Below are positions 1 through 9,947 of a stretch of 34,885 bases of DNA, one piece after another. The position numbers and the translations under genes were made by a program. Position 1 is the first letter of the stretch, and every line of letters begins with the position of its first letter. Where the stretch lies: the NCBI GenBank assembly GCA_965222155.1, contig CBDCTH010000009.1, forward strand, positions 1 through 34,885, read 5' to 3'. Source of the stretch: Gammaproteobacteria bacterium. Its GTDB lineage: Bacteria; Pseudomonadota; Gammaproteobacteria; Eutrophobiales; Eutrophobiaceae. A model generated the notes under the pieces. It ran no database searches and was not told where the DNA came from. It saw only the letters and a list, made by a program, of their open reading frames with translations.

Positions 1-208
1 TGCAGCGGTAAATATTAAACAGGGTATTTATATTATTTTACATTCATAGTAGTTTGACATAATATATATTACATATAATATGATGTTGTATAATTTAATT
101 TCGCATTATACAAGCCAGAATACATTGAACATAGCTTAAGCACGAACTCGTTTCAGGAAGTCTACGGTTATTCTTGCTTGTTGCAGAACTCTGGAGAGGG
201 GCCAAAAT

Positions 209-1615
209 ATGAGAAAAGTTTTCAGGCAGTTAGTTTGGAGTACCGTTTTGAGTTTGACCTTTGGTTGTTTTGACGAGTCTTCAAGGCCAGAAGACAGACG
301 TCCTGGTCCGGGACAAGTCAAGAAAATGATAGCTGAACTATCCGGGGACCCAAAAGGAACGGTGGTTTACAGCGGTGTTGCATTAATCGACGGTACCGGT
401 ACAGCTCTGCAAGAAGATATGGCCATTATTGTTAGTGGTGAGCGGATTGAGAAAATTATCCCTACAGCCGAACTTGCCGGTAAGATGCCAAAGGGAACAG
501 AAGTGGTTGCAACTGAAGGCTGGTATGCGCTGCCCGGTCTGATTGATAGTCATATACATCTGGCTACACTACCTGATCGGACTTGGGCAGAGGCGACACT
601 TAAGCGTTATCTTTATGCCGGCATCACCGGAGGGAGAGATATGGCAGGTGATGCGAGGGCGTTAGCGGATTTGGCGCGCGCTGCCTTGGTAAAGTCAATT
701 CCAGCACCAGATATTTATTACTCGGCCTTGATGGCGGGCCCCAGTTTTTTTGAAGATCCACGCACTATTATGTCTTCACTTGGGGTACAACCGGGTTTCA
801 CGTCGTGGACGCAAGCAATTACTGATGAGACAGATTTGCCCTTGGCAGTTGCGCAAGCCCGTGGCACATCAGCAACAGCGGTTAAGATTTACGCCAATTT
901 GCCGGGCTATCTGGTTAGAAACATCATCGCCGAGGCACATCGGCAGAACTTTAAGGTCTGGACACATTTGCAAGTCTATCCGGCAACACCGTATGACTCC
1001 ATTGAAGCGGGGGCAGATACCTTGTCTCACATCTGTATGGTGCCGCGTTATGTGTTAGCGCCTGAAACACAACACTATACCCTTGAACCACTGGATAATT
1101 TGTCTGAGTTTTCACCCGATGCGCCCGAGGTTGCGGATATGTTGGCGGCTATCGCGCGCTATAACAATATATTGGATGTCACTATTACTTTGCAAAAATA
1201 CATTGAAGAAAATTGGCCTGATCCGGGCAACTGTAATTACGATATCGCAGTGGCCTTAACGAAAGCCGCATACGAAAAGGGCATTCGTATTGTTGCAGGC
1301 ACAGACTGGAGTGCGTCGGCAGATGATCCATTCCCGGCGTTGTATCAGGAACTGGAGGCGTTTACCGATGATGTAGGTATGAGCAATATGGAAGCTATCC
1401 AGACAGCCACTCTTCACGCTGCGGCAGCGTTGGGCCTGGAAGACAAAATAGGTACTGTCGAGCAAGGTAAGCTGGCTAATCTGGTATTTCTTAAAGAGAA
1501 CCCTTTGGAAGATATCAGTAATCTACGTTCGATTGTGTTAACGCTGAAAAGAGGAACGCCTTACAAGCGGGAAGCCTATCGTCATCAGCCCATAGCAGAT
1601 CCTCCAGGTCTTTGA
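209..1615 (+). CDS. Metal-dependent amidohydrolase (Amidohydro_1 superfamily), probable lipoprotein
   Basis: 468-aa ORF. Has PGLIDSHIHL (HxH), AVKIY (Lys), VWTH, LSH and AGTD ligand motifs, plus a C-terminal IGTVEQGKLANLV. The N-terminal signal ends in lipobox-like LTFG-C. Confidence 0.9.
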   Translation: MRKVFRQLVWSTVLSLTFGCFDESSRPEDRRPGPGQVKKMIAELSGDPKGTVVYSGVALIDGTGTALQEDMAIIVSGERIEKIIPTAELAGKMPKGTEVVATEGWYALPGLIDSHIHLATLPDRTWAEATLKRYLYAGITGGRDMAGDARALADLARAALVKSIPAPDIYYSALMAGPSFFEDPRTIMSSLGVQPGFTSWTQAITDETDLPLAVAQARGTSATAVKIYANLPGYLVRNIIAEAHRQNFKVWTHLQVYPATPYDSIEAGADTLSHICMVPRYVLAPETQHYTLEPLDNLSEFSPDAPEVADMLAAIARYNNILDVTITLQKYIEENWPDPGNCNYDIAVALTKAAYEKGIRIVAGTDWSASADDPFPALYQELEAFTDDVGMSNMEAIQTATLHAAAALGLEDKIGTVEQGKLANLVFLKENPLEDISNLRSIVLTLKRGTPYKREAYRHQPIADPPGL

Positions 1616-1730
1616 TAGTGAGTTGGCGGACTGTAAAAAGAATTTTTTAACAAGTTGGATCGAAAATGCCGTGTCGGATTTTTAGTAATTAATTTTAAAA
1701 CAATCATTCTGTCAAGTAGAGGGCAATGTT

Positions 1731-3884
1731 ATGAATCGAGCAATTCAAATCGTTAAAGGGATGCTGGAGTTAACCTGCTACGTACTGTTGTTATTCTCAG
1801 CCGGTCTTGTCAATGCGGCTGAGGAGATTGAAGAAATTCTTGTAACAGCTTCAAAAAGAGGCGCTGCAAGCGTCCAGGATATTCCTTACAATATTTCTGC
1901 GGTGAGTGGTGGCCTGCTGGAAAGAACTGCGGTGGACAGCTTTGCCGGAATCGCCAGACTGGTTCCCGGACTCGAAGCCATTGATGCAGGCCCCAAACAA
2001 ACGCGTTTTATCGTGCGCGGACTTGCAGGAAATTCCGGCGCTGCCCAGACCGGTGTTTATCTGGATGAAATTCCTTTCACTTTTTCTAATATCAATGTTC
2101 AGCAAGCAAGTCTGACACTGTATGACATGGAACGGGTCGAAGTATTACGCGGACCACAAGGCACGCTTTATGGCGAAGGTTCACAAGGAGGAACTATTCG
2201 CTATATCACCAGAAAACCCAACGTGGAGGAATTTGAAGGTATGGTTGATACTACCGTCGCACGAGCTTCGCGTGATGGTGGTAATCGTTTTTCAGTCAAC
2301 GGTGTTGTTAATGTGCCTCTGGTTAAAGATAAGCTGGCTGTCAGGGCAGTGATAATGCATCGGGATAATGAAGGTTTAGCGGATCGGCCCGACTTGGGTC
2401 TGGATGGTTCGGATGAAGAGAATACAATTGGTGGCCGGATACAAGCACTCTGGAATATCACTGACAACACCGATTTACTGTTTGCCTATCATAGACAAGA
2501 TATTGAACTGGATGATGATACGTCGGTCGGCGTAAATGATGATTCAGTAGCTGGTTTTGTTATCGAGCCTTTTGATGATGAGCTGGAAGTTTTCAATTTG
2601 ACTTTTAATCACAAATTCCCTCTTGGCACTTTTACCTGGGCCTCCTCTTCTGTTGAGCGCGACGATTTCTTTTCTTTTGATGTTTCTCAATTCACGCCTG
2701 TCCCGTCGAGGGTAAACCAACCAGTCAATACCGAGGTCACCAGCCATGAAGTCCGTTTTGCTTCGGATTTTGAAAACCGGTTACAGCTTGTGATTGGTGG
2801 CTACTACCAGAATCTGGATATAAATCGGTTTAGCTTTGGTGGTTTTGTCGATACTACTACGGGTGATATGCCCAATAATTTTGATACGACTGGCGGTTTC
2901 TTTGCTTTGCGCATGTTGGTGGAGTCGGAAATAAAAGCGATATTTGGTGAAGTGTCATTCGATGTGACCGATCGCTTTACATTATTGGTCGGGGGACGGC
3001 ATTTCGATGTCTCCTTTGATGAAGAACAATTTATTGAGGTGCCTGTCGATATCTTCGGGCGTACCGAAGGATTTCTGACTGCCCTGTCAGCCAAGTCTAA
3101 GGATGAAGTTTTTAAGGCTCAGGTCTCTTACGAACTGAACGATGATATCCTGTTTTATGCGACTTGGGCAGAAGGTTTTCGTCGGGGCGGCGGTAACGTA
3201 CCCTTTGCGCCTGATCCCACTATTCCGACACAATATGAACCGGATGTTGTGACGAATTGGGAGTTGGGTTGGAAATCCACATTACTGAACAGACAATTGG
3301 TCCTGAACGGGGCAATATATTTTATGGAATGGGACGATATCCAGATATCGCAACCCGATGCAACAGGGGCCACGATATTCATTGATAATTTTGGTGCTGC
3401 CGAATTATATGGCCTGGAAGTTGAAGGTACCTTTCAGCCCCAAGCGTTGCCGGGGCTCTTTATCAATTTTGGGTTTAATGTCTCCAACCAGAAGTTAACA
3501 GAAGATAGTCCGCAGGTCGCGACTGGCAGGAAGGGTGACCCAATACCTAACACAATTGAAGAAAGTGCATCTCTGGGTCTGGAACAACGTTTCCCAATCT
3601 TGGGTCTTGACGGTTTTGCCCGGCTGGATGTCTCTTATACGGGAAAGGCACAAACAGCGTTTAGTGAAACTGATCGAGCTTTCCGTGAATGGGGTGACTA
3701 TGTGCTTACCAATATCAGGGTTGGAGTCGATACGAAACGCTGGGCCGCGTCAATTTTTGCAAACAATCTGTTTGATGAGCGCAAGGCCCTTTCCTGGAAT
3801 GTTCAGGAGAGGCCAGGTATTGATGACAAGATACAGACCACACTGCCTCGTACAGTCGGCGTGAATTTTAAGCTGCGTTATTAA
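1731..3884 (+). CDS. TonB-dependent outer-membrane receptor
   Basis: 717 aa with signal peptide, TonB-box-like EEILVTA, plug motif ERVEVLRGPQGTLYG, and C-terminal NNLFD...PRTVGVNFKLRY. Confidence 0.95.
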   Translation: MNRAIQIVKGMLELTCYVLLLFSAGLVNAAEEIEEILVTASKRGAASVQDIPYNISAVSGGLLERTAVDSFAGIARLVPGLEAIDAGPKQTRFIVRGLAGNSGAAQTGVYLDEIPFTFSNINVQQASLTLYDMERVEVLRGPQGTLYGEGSQGGTIRYITRKPNVEEFEGMVDTTVARASRDGGNRFSVNGVVNVPLVKDKLAVRAVIMHRDNEGLADRPDLGLDGSDEENTIGGRIQALWNITDNTDLLFAYHRQDIELDDDTSVGVNDDSVAGFVIEPFDDELEVFNLTFNHKFPLGTFTWASSSVERDDFFSFDVSQFTPVPSRVNQPVNTEVTSHEVRFASDFENRLQLVIGGYYQNLDINRFSFGGFVDTTTGDMPNNFDTTGGFFALRMLVESEIKAIFGEVSFDVTDRFTLLVGGRHFDVSFDEEQFIEVPVDIFGRTEGFLTALSAKSKDEVFKAQVSYELNDDILFYATWAEGFRRGGGNVPFAPDPTIPTQYEPDVVTNWELGWKSTLLNRQLVLNGAIYFMEWDDIQISQPDATGATIFIDNFGAAELYGLEVEGTFQPQALPGLFINFGFNVSNQKLTEDSPQVATGRKGDPIPNTIEESASLGLEQRFPILGLDGFARLDVSYTGKAQTAFSETDRAFREWGDYVLTNIRVGVDTKRWAASIFANNLFDERKALSWNVQERPGIDDKIQTTLPRTVGVNFKLRY

Positions 3885-3971
3885 TCCCTGGCAGGGAGAG
3901 GAGAGGAATATAGCGATTTCTCTTTCCGCTTTCTCGATTTTTATAACGCCGTAAATGTCCAGGAAAGCGTT

Positions 3972-5189
3972 ATGACTGATAAAGAGAACGATATGATTGA
4001 TACGACAGAGTTGAACAGACGATTGTTTCTTTCAATTTCGGCTACTACCTTGGCTGGTTTGCCGATGTTGATGCATTCATCCACGGGCTTAGCGGACGGG
4101 ACAAACTTACCTGATAAAAACGGCATTATTATCGACGCATGTGGATGGGTGGGGAACCCGAACATTGCCAATGCCGGAGGCTATGCGAAGGACGTTGAAA
4201 TCAGCCGTGAAAACCGTTGGCCGGAAATAGACGAACAAGCGCTACGTGATGCGCATAAGTCGGGGCTGACGGGGGTTAGGGTAACGTTAGGTCATGTTTT
4301 TGGTAAAGGCGGGGACCGGCCATTCGAATACACTGTGCGGGAAATTGCATCTTGGGACGCCAGAATCCGAAAACACCACAAAGACCTCATGAAAATTTAT
4401 ACCGGCCAGGATATTTTAAAAGCTAAAGAGAGCGGTAAAGTCGGAATAATTTTTGGTTTCCAGAACAGTGAAATGCTGGGTGAAGATGCCAGTCGGGTGC
4501 AGTTATTCGCCGATCTTGGGGTAAGAGTCATCCAGTTAACTTATAACCTGGGAAACCGGGTAGGCGATGGCTCCATGGCGCCTGAGAATAGGGGGCTGAC
4601 TGAGTTTGGCCGAGAGGTGATTAAAGAACTTAATACAAACCAGGTGTTGGTGGATTTGAGTCATGGTGGGAAAAAATTGACACTGGATACCTTGCACGCC
4701 ACGGATGTTCCTCTGGCGATCACCCACACTGGTTGTCGGGCACTGAGTGACCATCCGCGCAATAAGACGGATAAAGAGTTAAGATTACTAGCCGAAAAAG
4801 GCGGTGTGGCCGGTATTTACTGGATGCCCTATCTGCATCTGGGCAGGCAGGTATACGCTGAGGATGTCGTACGTCACATTGAGCATGCAGTCAATGTTTG
4901 CGGTGAAGATCATGTCGGTATCGGTACCGATGGTGGAGTATCTAAGGTCGAGAATATCGACCGTTACAAGGAAATGCATCGCGCCGATGTCGAAAACCGT
5001 AAGAAAACAGGGGTAGCTGCCCCTGGAGAGACCATTGATATCGTACCCTTTACACCGGATATGTCCGGCCCCGATCAGTTCAGGAAATTAGCGAATTTAC
5101 TGGATAAACGCGGATATGGCACCACGCGTATTGAAAAGATCCTGGGGACTAATTTCTTCAATCTGATGAATGCTACCTGGGCTTCTTAA
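3972..5189 (+). CDS. Membrane dipeptidase (peptidase M19) family protein, Tat-exported
   Basis: Twin-arginine LNRRLFL. M19 motifs GVRVIQLTYN, GLTEFGREVI, VDLSH, THT, HPRNKTD and HVGIGTD. Confidence 0.9.
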   Translation: MTDKENDMIDTTELNRRLFLSISATTLAGLPMLMHSSTGLADGTNLPDKNGIIIDACGWVGNPNIANAGGYAKDVEISRENRWPEIDEQALRDAHKSGLTGVRVTLGHVFGKGGDRPFEYTVREIASWDARIRKHHKDLMKIYTGQDILKAKESGKVGIIFGFQNSEMLGEDASRVQLFADLGVRVIQLTYNLGNRVGDGSMAPENRGLTEFGREVIKELNTNQVLVDLSHGGKKLTLDTLHATDVPLAITHTGCRALSDHPRNKTDKELRLLAEKGGVAGIYWMPYLHLGRQVYAEDVVRHIEHAVNVCGEDHVGIGTDGGVSKVENIDRYKEMHRADVENRKKTGVAAPGETIDIVPFTPDMSGPDQFRKLANLLDKRGYGTTRIEKILGTNFFNLMNATWAS

Positions 5190-5276
5190 GGAAAATGCTT
5201 ACCATATAAACAAGAAAAATCCCCTGACAGACCTCTTTAATTTAACGAATACAACAATAGCAGCAAAAGGTAATAA

Positions 5277-6162
5277 ATGGATAGCGAACAGATTACCTTT
5301 ATTAATACCAGTCTTGTTCCCTTAGGCCTGATGGCGATTATGTTCAGCATGGGAATGTCCTTAACCCTGGCTGATTTTCGGAGATTATTTGAGGCGCCAC
5401 GCGGAGTAATGGTGGGTCTGTTGGGACAGTTGATATTCTTACCCGTGTTGGGTTTTGCTATCGTATTTATTTTTCGACTGCCTCCGGAAATGGCTGTCGG
5501 GTTGAGTATCCTGGCGTTTTGCCCGGGCGGTGTTACTTCAAACGCTATTGTATTTGCGGCGCGGGCCAATATCGCGCTTTCTGTCACATTAACGGCGATT
5601 GCCAGTTTAATTACTGTATTCACTACCCCGCTATTAATCGCTGCCGCACTGGATTATTATTTTGATGGTGGCGAGGTGCCCCATTTTTCTATCTCCAATA
5701 CTTATAGTCAGACTTTTTCAAATGACGGTAATACCCGTATCTCTGGGTATGTCAGTGCGTGTATTTTCTACCGACATTGCTGATCGTCTGGTAATCTGGT
5801 TACGCCCGACCTCAATGTTCGTACTGATTTCCGTTATCGCATTTTCAGTCTATGTCAGTTTTGACCTCGTATTACAAAATGTTCTGCGCGCTGGTCCGGC
5901 TGCATTAACGCTTAATGTGATGGCAATGTTTGTTGGGTTTTACCTGGCTCAGTCTGCACGTTTACAGCGCTCTGATACTTTGACGATTTCTATTGAAGTG
6001 GGTGTGCTGAATGCCACTATGGCAACCTTCCTGGCCCTGTCTGTATTGAACGATTTATCACTGGCCGTAACACCCACCTTGTATGGAGCCATCATGGTGA
6101 CGAATGCCGCTTTGTTTGCGCTTGCTGAGGAACAGGGCTATTGCGATAGTAGCTGTTCATAG
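5277..6162 (+). CDS. Bile acid:sodium symporter (BASS/SBF) family transporter; apparent +1 frameshift near 5695 and corrupted 3' end
   Basis: ORFs 5277..5783 (MFSMGMSLT, CPGGVTSN) and 5662..6162 (ISIEVGVLNAT) join into one BASS protein if one base is removed at ~5694-5697. The intact 3' end appears at 7768..7827 (AALFTRLLRNRAIAIVDVS*). Confidence 0.8.
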
Positions 6163-6770
6163 CGTACTACATTTTTTACCGGATTTATTAGATAATAATA
6201 AGTGAAATAATACAAAACTGTGGCGTATTTATTATGAAAAAATCCAGTAAAGTTGAAAACTCCCCAGTGTTATAAGTCTGTAGAACTGTAATATTGCGAC
6301 AAACCTGCAGAGTAATTATCAACAAAGTTTGTCACGTTATGATGTATTAAGACAATTGGCAGAGTCCCCTGAGAAAGAGTTGCAAGTGGGTGAGCGCTAA
6401 CGTCTGCTTGATACAGCGGGCAGTGTATCTGCATTACTCACCCGGATGGAAAATGAAGAATTAGTTATTCGCCGCCTTAACCCCTCGCCGCAGTTTTTCA
6501 AATATGATAAAGGACGAAAGGTATAGTAGCCCCATTATGCTATCTCTATCTGCCATGGAGGAAATATCGGGGCAGGAACGTGAAGTTTTATTACAGTTGT
6601 TGCAACGCCTAAAGAAAGCCCAGAATCAGGTGACGAAAGTAGCAGGGTGGTAATGGGGTTTGAACCCTCAATGCTTTCTTTTTCTAATGAGCAATTTCTT
6701 TCGTAACGGAGGTTTTAATACCCGTATCCCTCATAATTTCGTGCGTATTTTCCGTTTTCCTAAGGCGCAT
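6105..6770 (+). repeat. Deletion-riddled direct copy of ~7770..8530 (BASS 3' end, marR, start of second BASS)
   Basis: Long near-identical stretches, e.g. GCTTGCTGAGGAACAGGG at 6120 and 7784 (offset 1664), with many short deletions that destroy the marR frame. Confidence 0.9.
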
Positions 6771-6779
6771 CTTATGAGC

Positions 6780-7770
6780 CGGACATCAACCCCACTACCA
6801 GGACCTGGCCACCCATTCAGTCGCCATTTTCCCGGCGGGTGCGTCGTCCCAGTTGACAAAGCGAAATTGAGGTCGCGGTACAGGTGGTAGATTGCATCCT
6901 TTTGCGCCAGCGTCAGTGACCGACATCGGGCGTTGCTGATCCTCAACAACCGGCCCTGGTGCCGGGCACCCTCGCGCGCCGTGAGCAACTCTATTCCCCC
7001 GCGTCGACAGCACGCGCCGGGTGGAAGCAGGCCGACCTCAATGTTCGTCACGGCCAAACCATTGAATGATTTCATCGCGGCCAGCGCATCGATCGAGGCT
7101 CTATCATTCCGTTATGCGTTTTCATGCAATGTCTGGGCCGCTGGGCCGCTGACGGTCGGGCCGGCCGCAGAAACCCTTATCCTCCAGGTCCTGATTGTGG
7201 GCATTGCACCCGTTGGGACTGGACCGCAGACATTCTGTATTACAAAATGTTCTGCCCGCGCTGGCTCCGGCTGCGGGGCGGACTTTGATGCGCCAGCAGT
7301 TGTCCGCTCCTAATGCGCTGATGGCAATGTTTGATACATCCCACCCTGGGTTTTACCTGGCTGCCGCCCTGACCGAGCAGTATGTCTACAGGGCGAGGAG
7401 ACGCGCAGCCTGCTCGGCGCAGCGGGGCCATTCGAAGGGACAACGTAGCGACTGCAACGTTGCTGCGATGCGCCCGCCTTGCCACCCTGGCGCTCTGTAC
7501 TTTGACGATTTCTATTGGTCAGTGGGACACCGAGGCGCAGGTGGCCTGCCAAATGCCACTGGTCATGGCAACCATTCCTGGCCCTGTCTGTATTGAAGTC
7601 TGGCGAGGTGCGACTTCGCTATCACTGGCCGCCATAACACCCTTTGACCTTGTATCACCCTGCCAAGGGTGAGGGCCATGTCCCGCCCGACGCACCCCAA
7701 CAGCAGTCATAATGATGTCTGGCACGCGCCTGGGGGTGGCATGGGGCAGACGTGAAACGGGTGGCAGGCC
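6780..7770 (+). other. Copy of ~5700..6110 interleaved with unrelated GC-rich sequence (probable assembly chimera)
   Basis: Fragments CCGACCTCAATGTTCGT, GTATTACAAAATGTTCTGC, ATGGCAATGTTTG, TGGGTTTTACCTGGCT, TACTTTGACGATTTCTATTG and TTCCTGGCCCTGTCTGTATTGAA recur in the same order as in 5800..6060, separated by inserted bases. Confidence 0.8.
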
Positions 7771-7898
7771 GCTTTGTTTACTCGCTTGCTGAGGAACAGG
7801 GCTATTGCGATAGTAGATGTATCATAGCGTACTACATTTTTTACCGGATTTATTAGATAATAATAAGTGAAATAATACAAAACTGCGGCGTATTTATT

Positions 7899-8366
7899 AT
7901 GAAAAAATCCAGTAAAGTTGAAAACTCTATAACGTTGTGGCATCAATTCTTGCAGTGTTATAAGTCTGTAGAACGTAATATTGCGACAAACCTGCAGAGT
8001 AATTATCAACAAAGTTTGTCACGTTATGATGTATTAAGACAATTGGCAGAGTCCCCTGAGAAAGAGTTGCAAGTGGGTGAGCTTACTAAACGTCTGCTTG
8101 ATACAGCGGGCAGTGTATCTGCATTACTCACCCGGATGGAAAATGAAGAATTAGTTATTCGCCGCCTTAACCCTAATGATCGCCGCAGTTTTCAAATATC
8201 GATCACGGATAAAGGACGAAAGCTGTATAGAGCTATGGCGTCAGATTATGCTATCTGGGTTGCGTCTGCCATGGAGGAAATATCGGGGCAGGAACGTGAA
8301 GTTTTATTACAGTTGTTGCAACGCCTAAAGAAAGCCCAGAATCAGGTGACGAAAGTAGCAGGGTAG
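7899..8366 (+). CDS. MarR family transcriptional regulator
   Basis: 155 aa with winged-helix motif VSALLTRMENEELVIRRLNPNDRRSFQISITDKG. Confidence 0.93.
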   Translation: MKKSSKVENSITLWHQFLQCYKSVERNIATNLQSNYQQSLSRYDVLRQLAESPEKELQVGELTKRLLDTAGSVSALLTRMENEELVIRRLNPNDRRSFQISITDKGRKLYRAMASDYAIWVASAMEEISGQEREVLLQLLQRLKKAQNQVTKVAG

Positions 8367-8371
8367 CGGTA

Positions 8372-9274
8372 ATGGGGTTTGAACCCTCAATGCTTTCTTT
8401 TTCTAATGAGCACATTTCTTTCGTAACGGAGGTTTTAATCCCCTTAGGCCTCGTATCCATTATGTTTAGCCTGGGGTTATCCCTGAATATCATAGATTTC
8501 GTGCGTATTTTCCGTTTTCCTAAAGCTGTACTCTTAGGAGTTCCGTCACAAATCGTACTGTTTCCATTAATCGCCTTTATCGTAGCCTCGCAGTTTGTTC
8601 AATCCGATACAATGGCGCTAAGCTTGATATTAATTGCTGCTTGTCCCGGTGGAGTAACCTCTAATGCGCTCATTTTTTACGCCCGAGCTGATATTGCACT
8701 ATCGGTATTAATTACCTCGCTATCAAGTCTAATCGTCGTTTTTACAGCACCCGTTATAATATCTATTGCTGTAAATATGTTCTCTGGGGCAGAACCTCGT
8801 TACGTTACCGATGTGCCTGGTTTAACCGGACACCTTTTCTTATATTCAACAACTCCCATCATCGCGGGGATGATATTTCGGATCAGATGGCCACTCTTGG
8901 CGGCGCGAGTGGTCGTTTTATTTCGTCCTGCCTTACTTGGTATTTTGCTTACTGTTATTGCATTTTCTCTTCTGGTTAATAAAGGATCGATATATATCAA
9001 TTTAAAAGAGGTGGTTCCTGTTGCATTGGCACTAAATTTCATCGGGATGAGTATAGGTTTTTTCTTGGGTAATTACTTCAAACTTACAAAAAGGCAATGT
9101 GCGACCATTACCGTTGAACTTGGTGTGCAAAACGTGACCATGGCTACGTTCTTATGTATGTTTGTACTCGAACATAAGGAACTGGCTGCCGTACCAACCA
9201 TTTACGGGGTAACTATGGTTATCAGTGCGTTAATATTTTTACATTTTTACGAATTTAATAAATCAGATGAGTGA
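8372..9274 (+). CDS. Bile acid:sodium symporter (BASS/SBF) family transporter
   Basis: 300 aa, highly hydrophobic; motifs MFSLGLSL, ACPGGVTSN and ITVELGVQN. Confidence 0.92.
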   Translation: MGFEPSMLSFSNEHISFVTEVLIPLGLVSIMFSLGLSLNIIDFVRIFRFPKAVLLGVPSQIVLFPLIAFIVASQFVQSDTMALSLILIAACPGGVTSNALIFYARADIALSVLITSLSSLIVVFTAPVIISIAVNMFSGAEPRYVTDVPGLTGHLFLYSTTPIIAGMIFRIRWPLLAARVVVLFRPALLGILLTVIAFSLLVNKGSIYINLKEVVPVALALNFIGMSIGFFLGNYFKLTKRQCATITVELGVQNVTMATFLCMFVLEHKELAAVPTIYGVTMVISALIFLHFYEFNKSDE

Positions 9275-9389
9275 CACCATGTCCCGTAAAAACGGTTTGG
9301 CGAGGCGGACCTGACAGGAGAGAAACCATACTTTTTACTACTTGGCAATGCTTTTGTTATTCACAGCGGTTGAACCCTGCGCCAGGAAC

Positions 9390-9465
9390 TCAAGCCCGGA
9401 TTTCTCACCAGGCGATGCGATAATTGCGCCGGATTTTTTGCGCCAGCGGGCGCCTGGGATCGATC
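9390..9465 (-). mobile_element. Partial (one end) diverged copy of the 247-bp MITE family
   Basis: The reverse complement reads ...CCCGCTGGCGCAAAAAATCCGGCGCAATTATCGCATCGCCTGGTGAGAAATCCGGGCTTG, matching the right end of the copies at 20362..20608 and 26307..26553. Confidence 0.8.
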
Positions 9466-9520
9466 CCTCGTGGAGGACGAGACGCCCTCCCTCCCAAGGA
9501 AACATGCCCCCTAATCTCCC

Positions 9521-9546
9521 GGGGGACAGATTTAAATCTGTCCCCC
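9521..9546. repeat. 26-bp perfect palindrome, REP-like
   Basis: GGGGGACAGATTTAAATCTGTCCCCC; a related half-site TCTGTCCCCC occurs at 17001..17010. Confidence 0.75.
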
Positions 9547-9947
9547 CTGTTATGGCCCGAAGCCAACAAGAATCACTGTAATGAGATTCGCCGTCATCAA
9601 GATAATATTGCATAACGACTGTGTCCTCACTCTCCTAGGATAAATTACGGTAGGTTCCTCCTTTTCACGAGCAAAAAGGTGCTCTAGGTTTGAAAGATTT
9701 GGCCGAAATCCAAATGTTAATCGTCCGTTGCCGATACGCCTTGAGCCTGGCGATGAATGGCAGGGTCTCATTCCACAAGATCGTGAAGATAATAACATTA
9801 ATCTTGAGACACTCTCACAAATGGGACACTTGATGATTTGCGTGGTCAGATCAGATAAACAGCGAGAATTACGAAGGCGGCTTGTCATTGTCAAAAGATA
9901 CAACGTTAGTCCCTGATAATAGAGTTCTTCAGAGATGACACGGACAA

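Noticed and set aside
54-94. Sigma70 promoter from TTGACA (54..59) with TATAAT (74..79 or 89..94), and palindrome TAATATATATTA
   Set aside because: Spacings of 14 or 29 bp are non-canonical and the region is so AT-rich that matches are expected by chance. A promoter is likely here but cannot be placed.
6234-6650. Second marR gene or pseudogene
   Set aside because: Nearly identical to 7899..8366 apart from deletions; better explained as an assembly artefact than a paralog.
6660-7725. Cluster of 68-133 aa ORFs on both strands
   Set aside because: They lie in the interleaved chimeric segment and have no recognisable motifs.
9550-9916. Possible gene remnant ending LPIRLEPGDEWQG...NVSP*
   Set aside because: Interrupted by a stop and not assignable to any family from sequence alone.
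9915-9940. Possible Tn402/Tn5053-like end (reverse complement TGTCATCTCTGAAGAAC), loosely similar to 11320..11343
   Set aside because: Weak match, same orientation as the other candidate, and no tni genes or target duplication visible.
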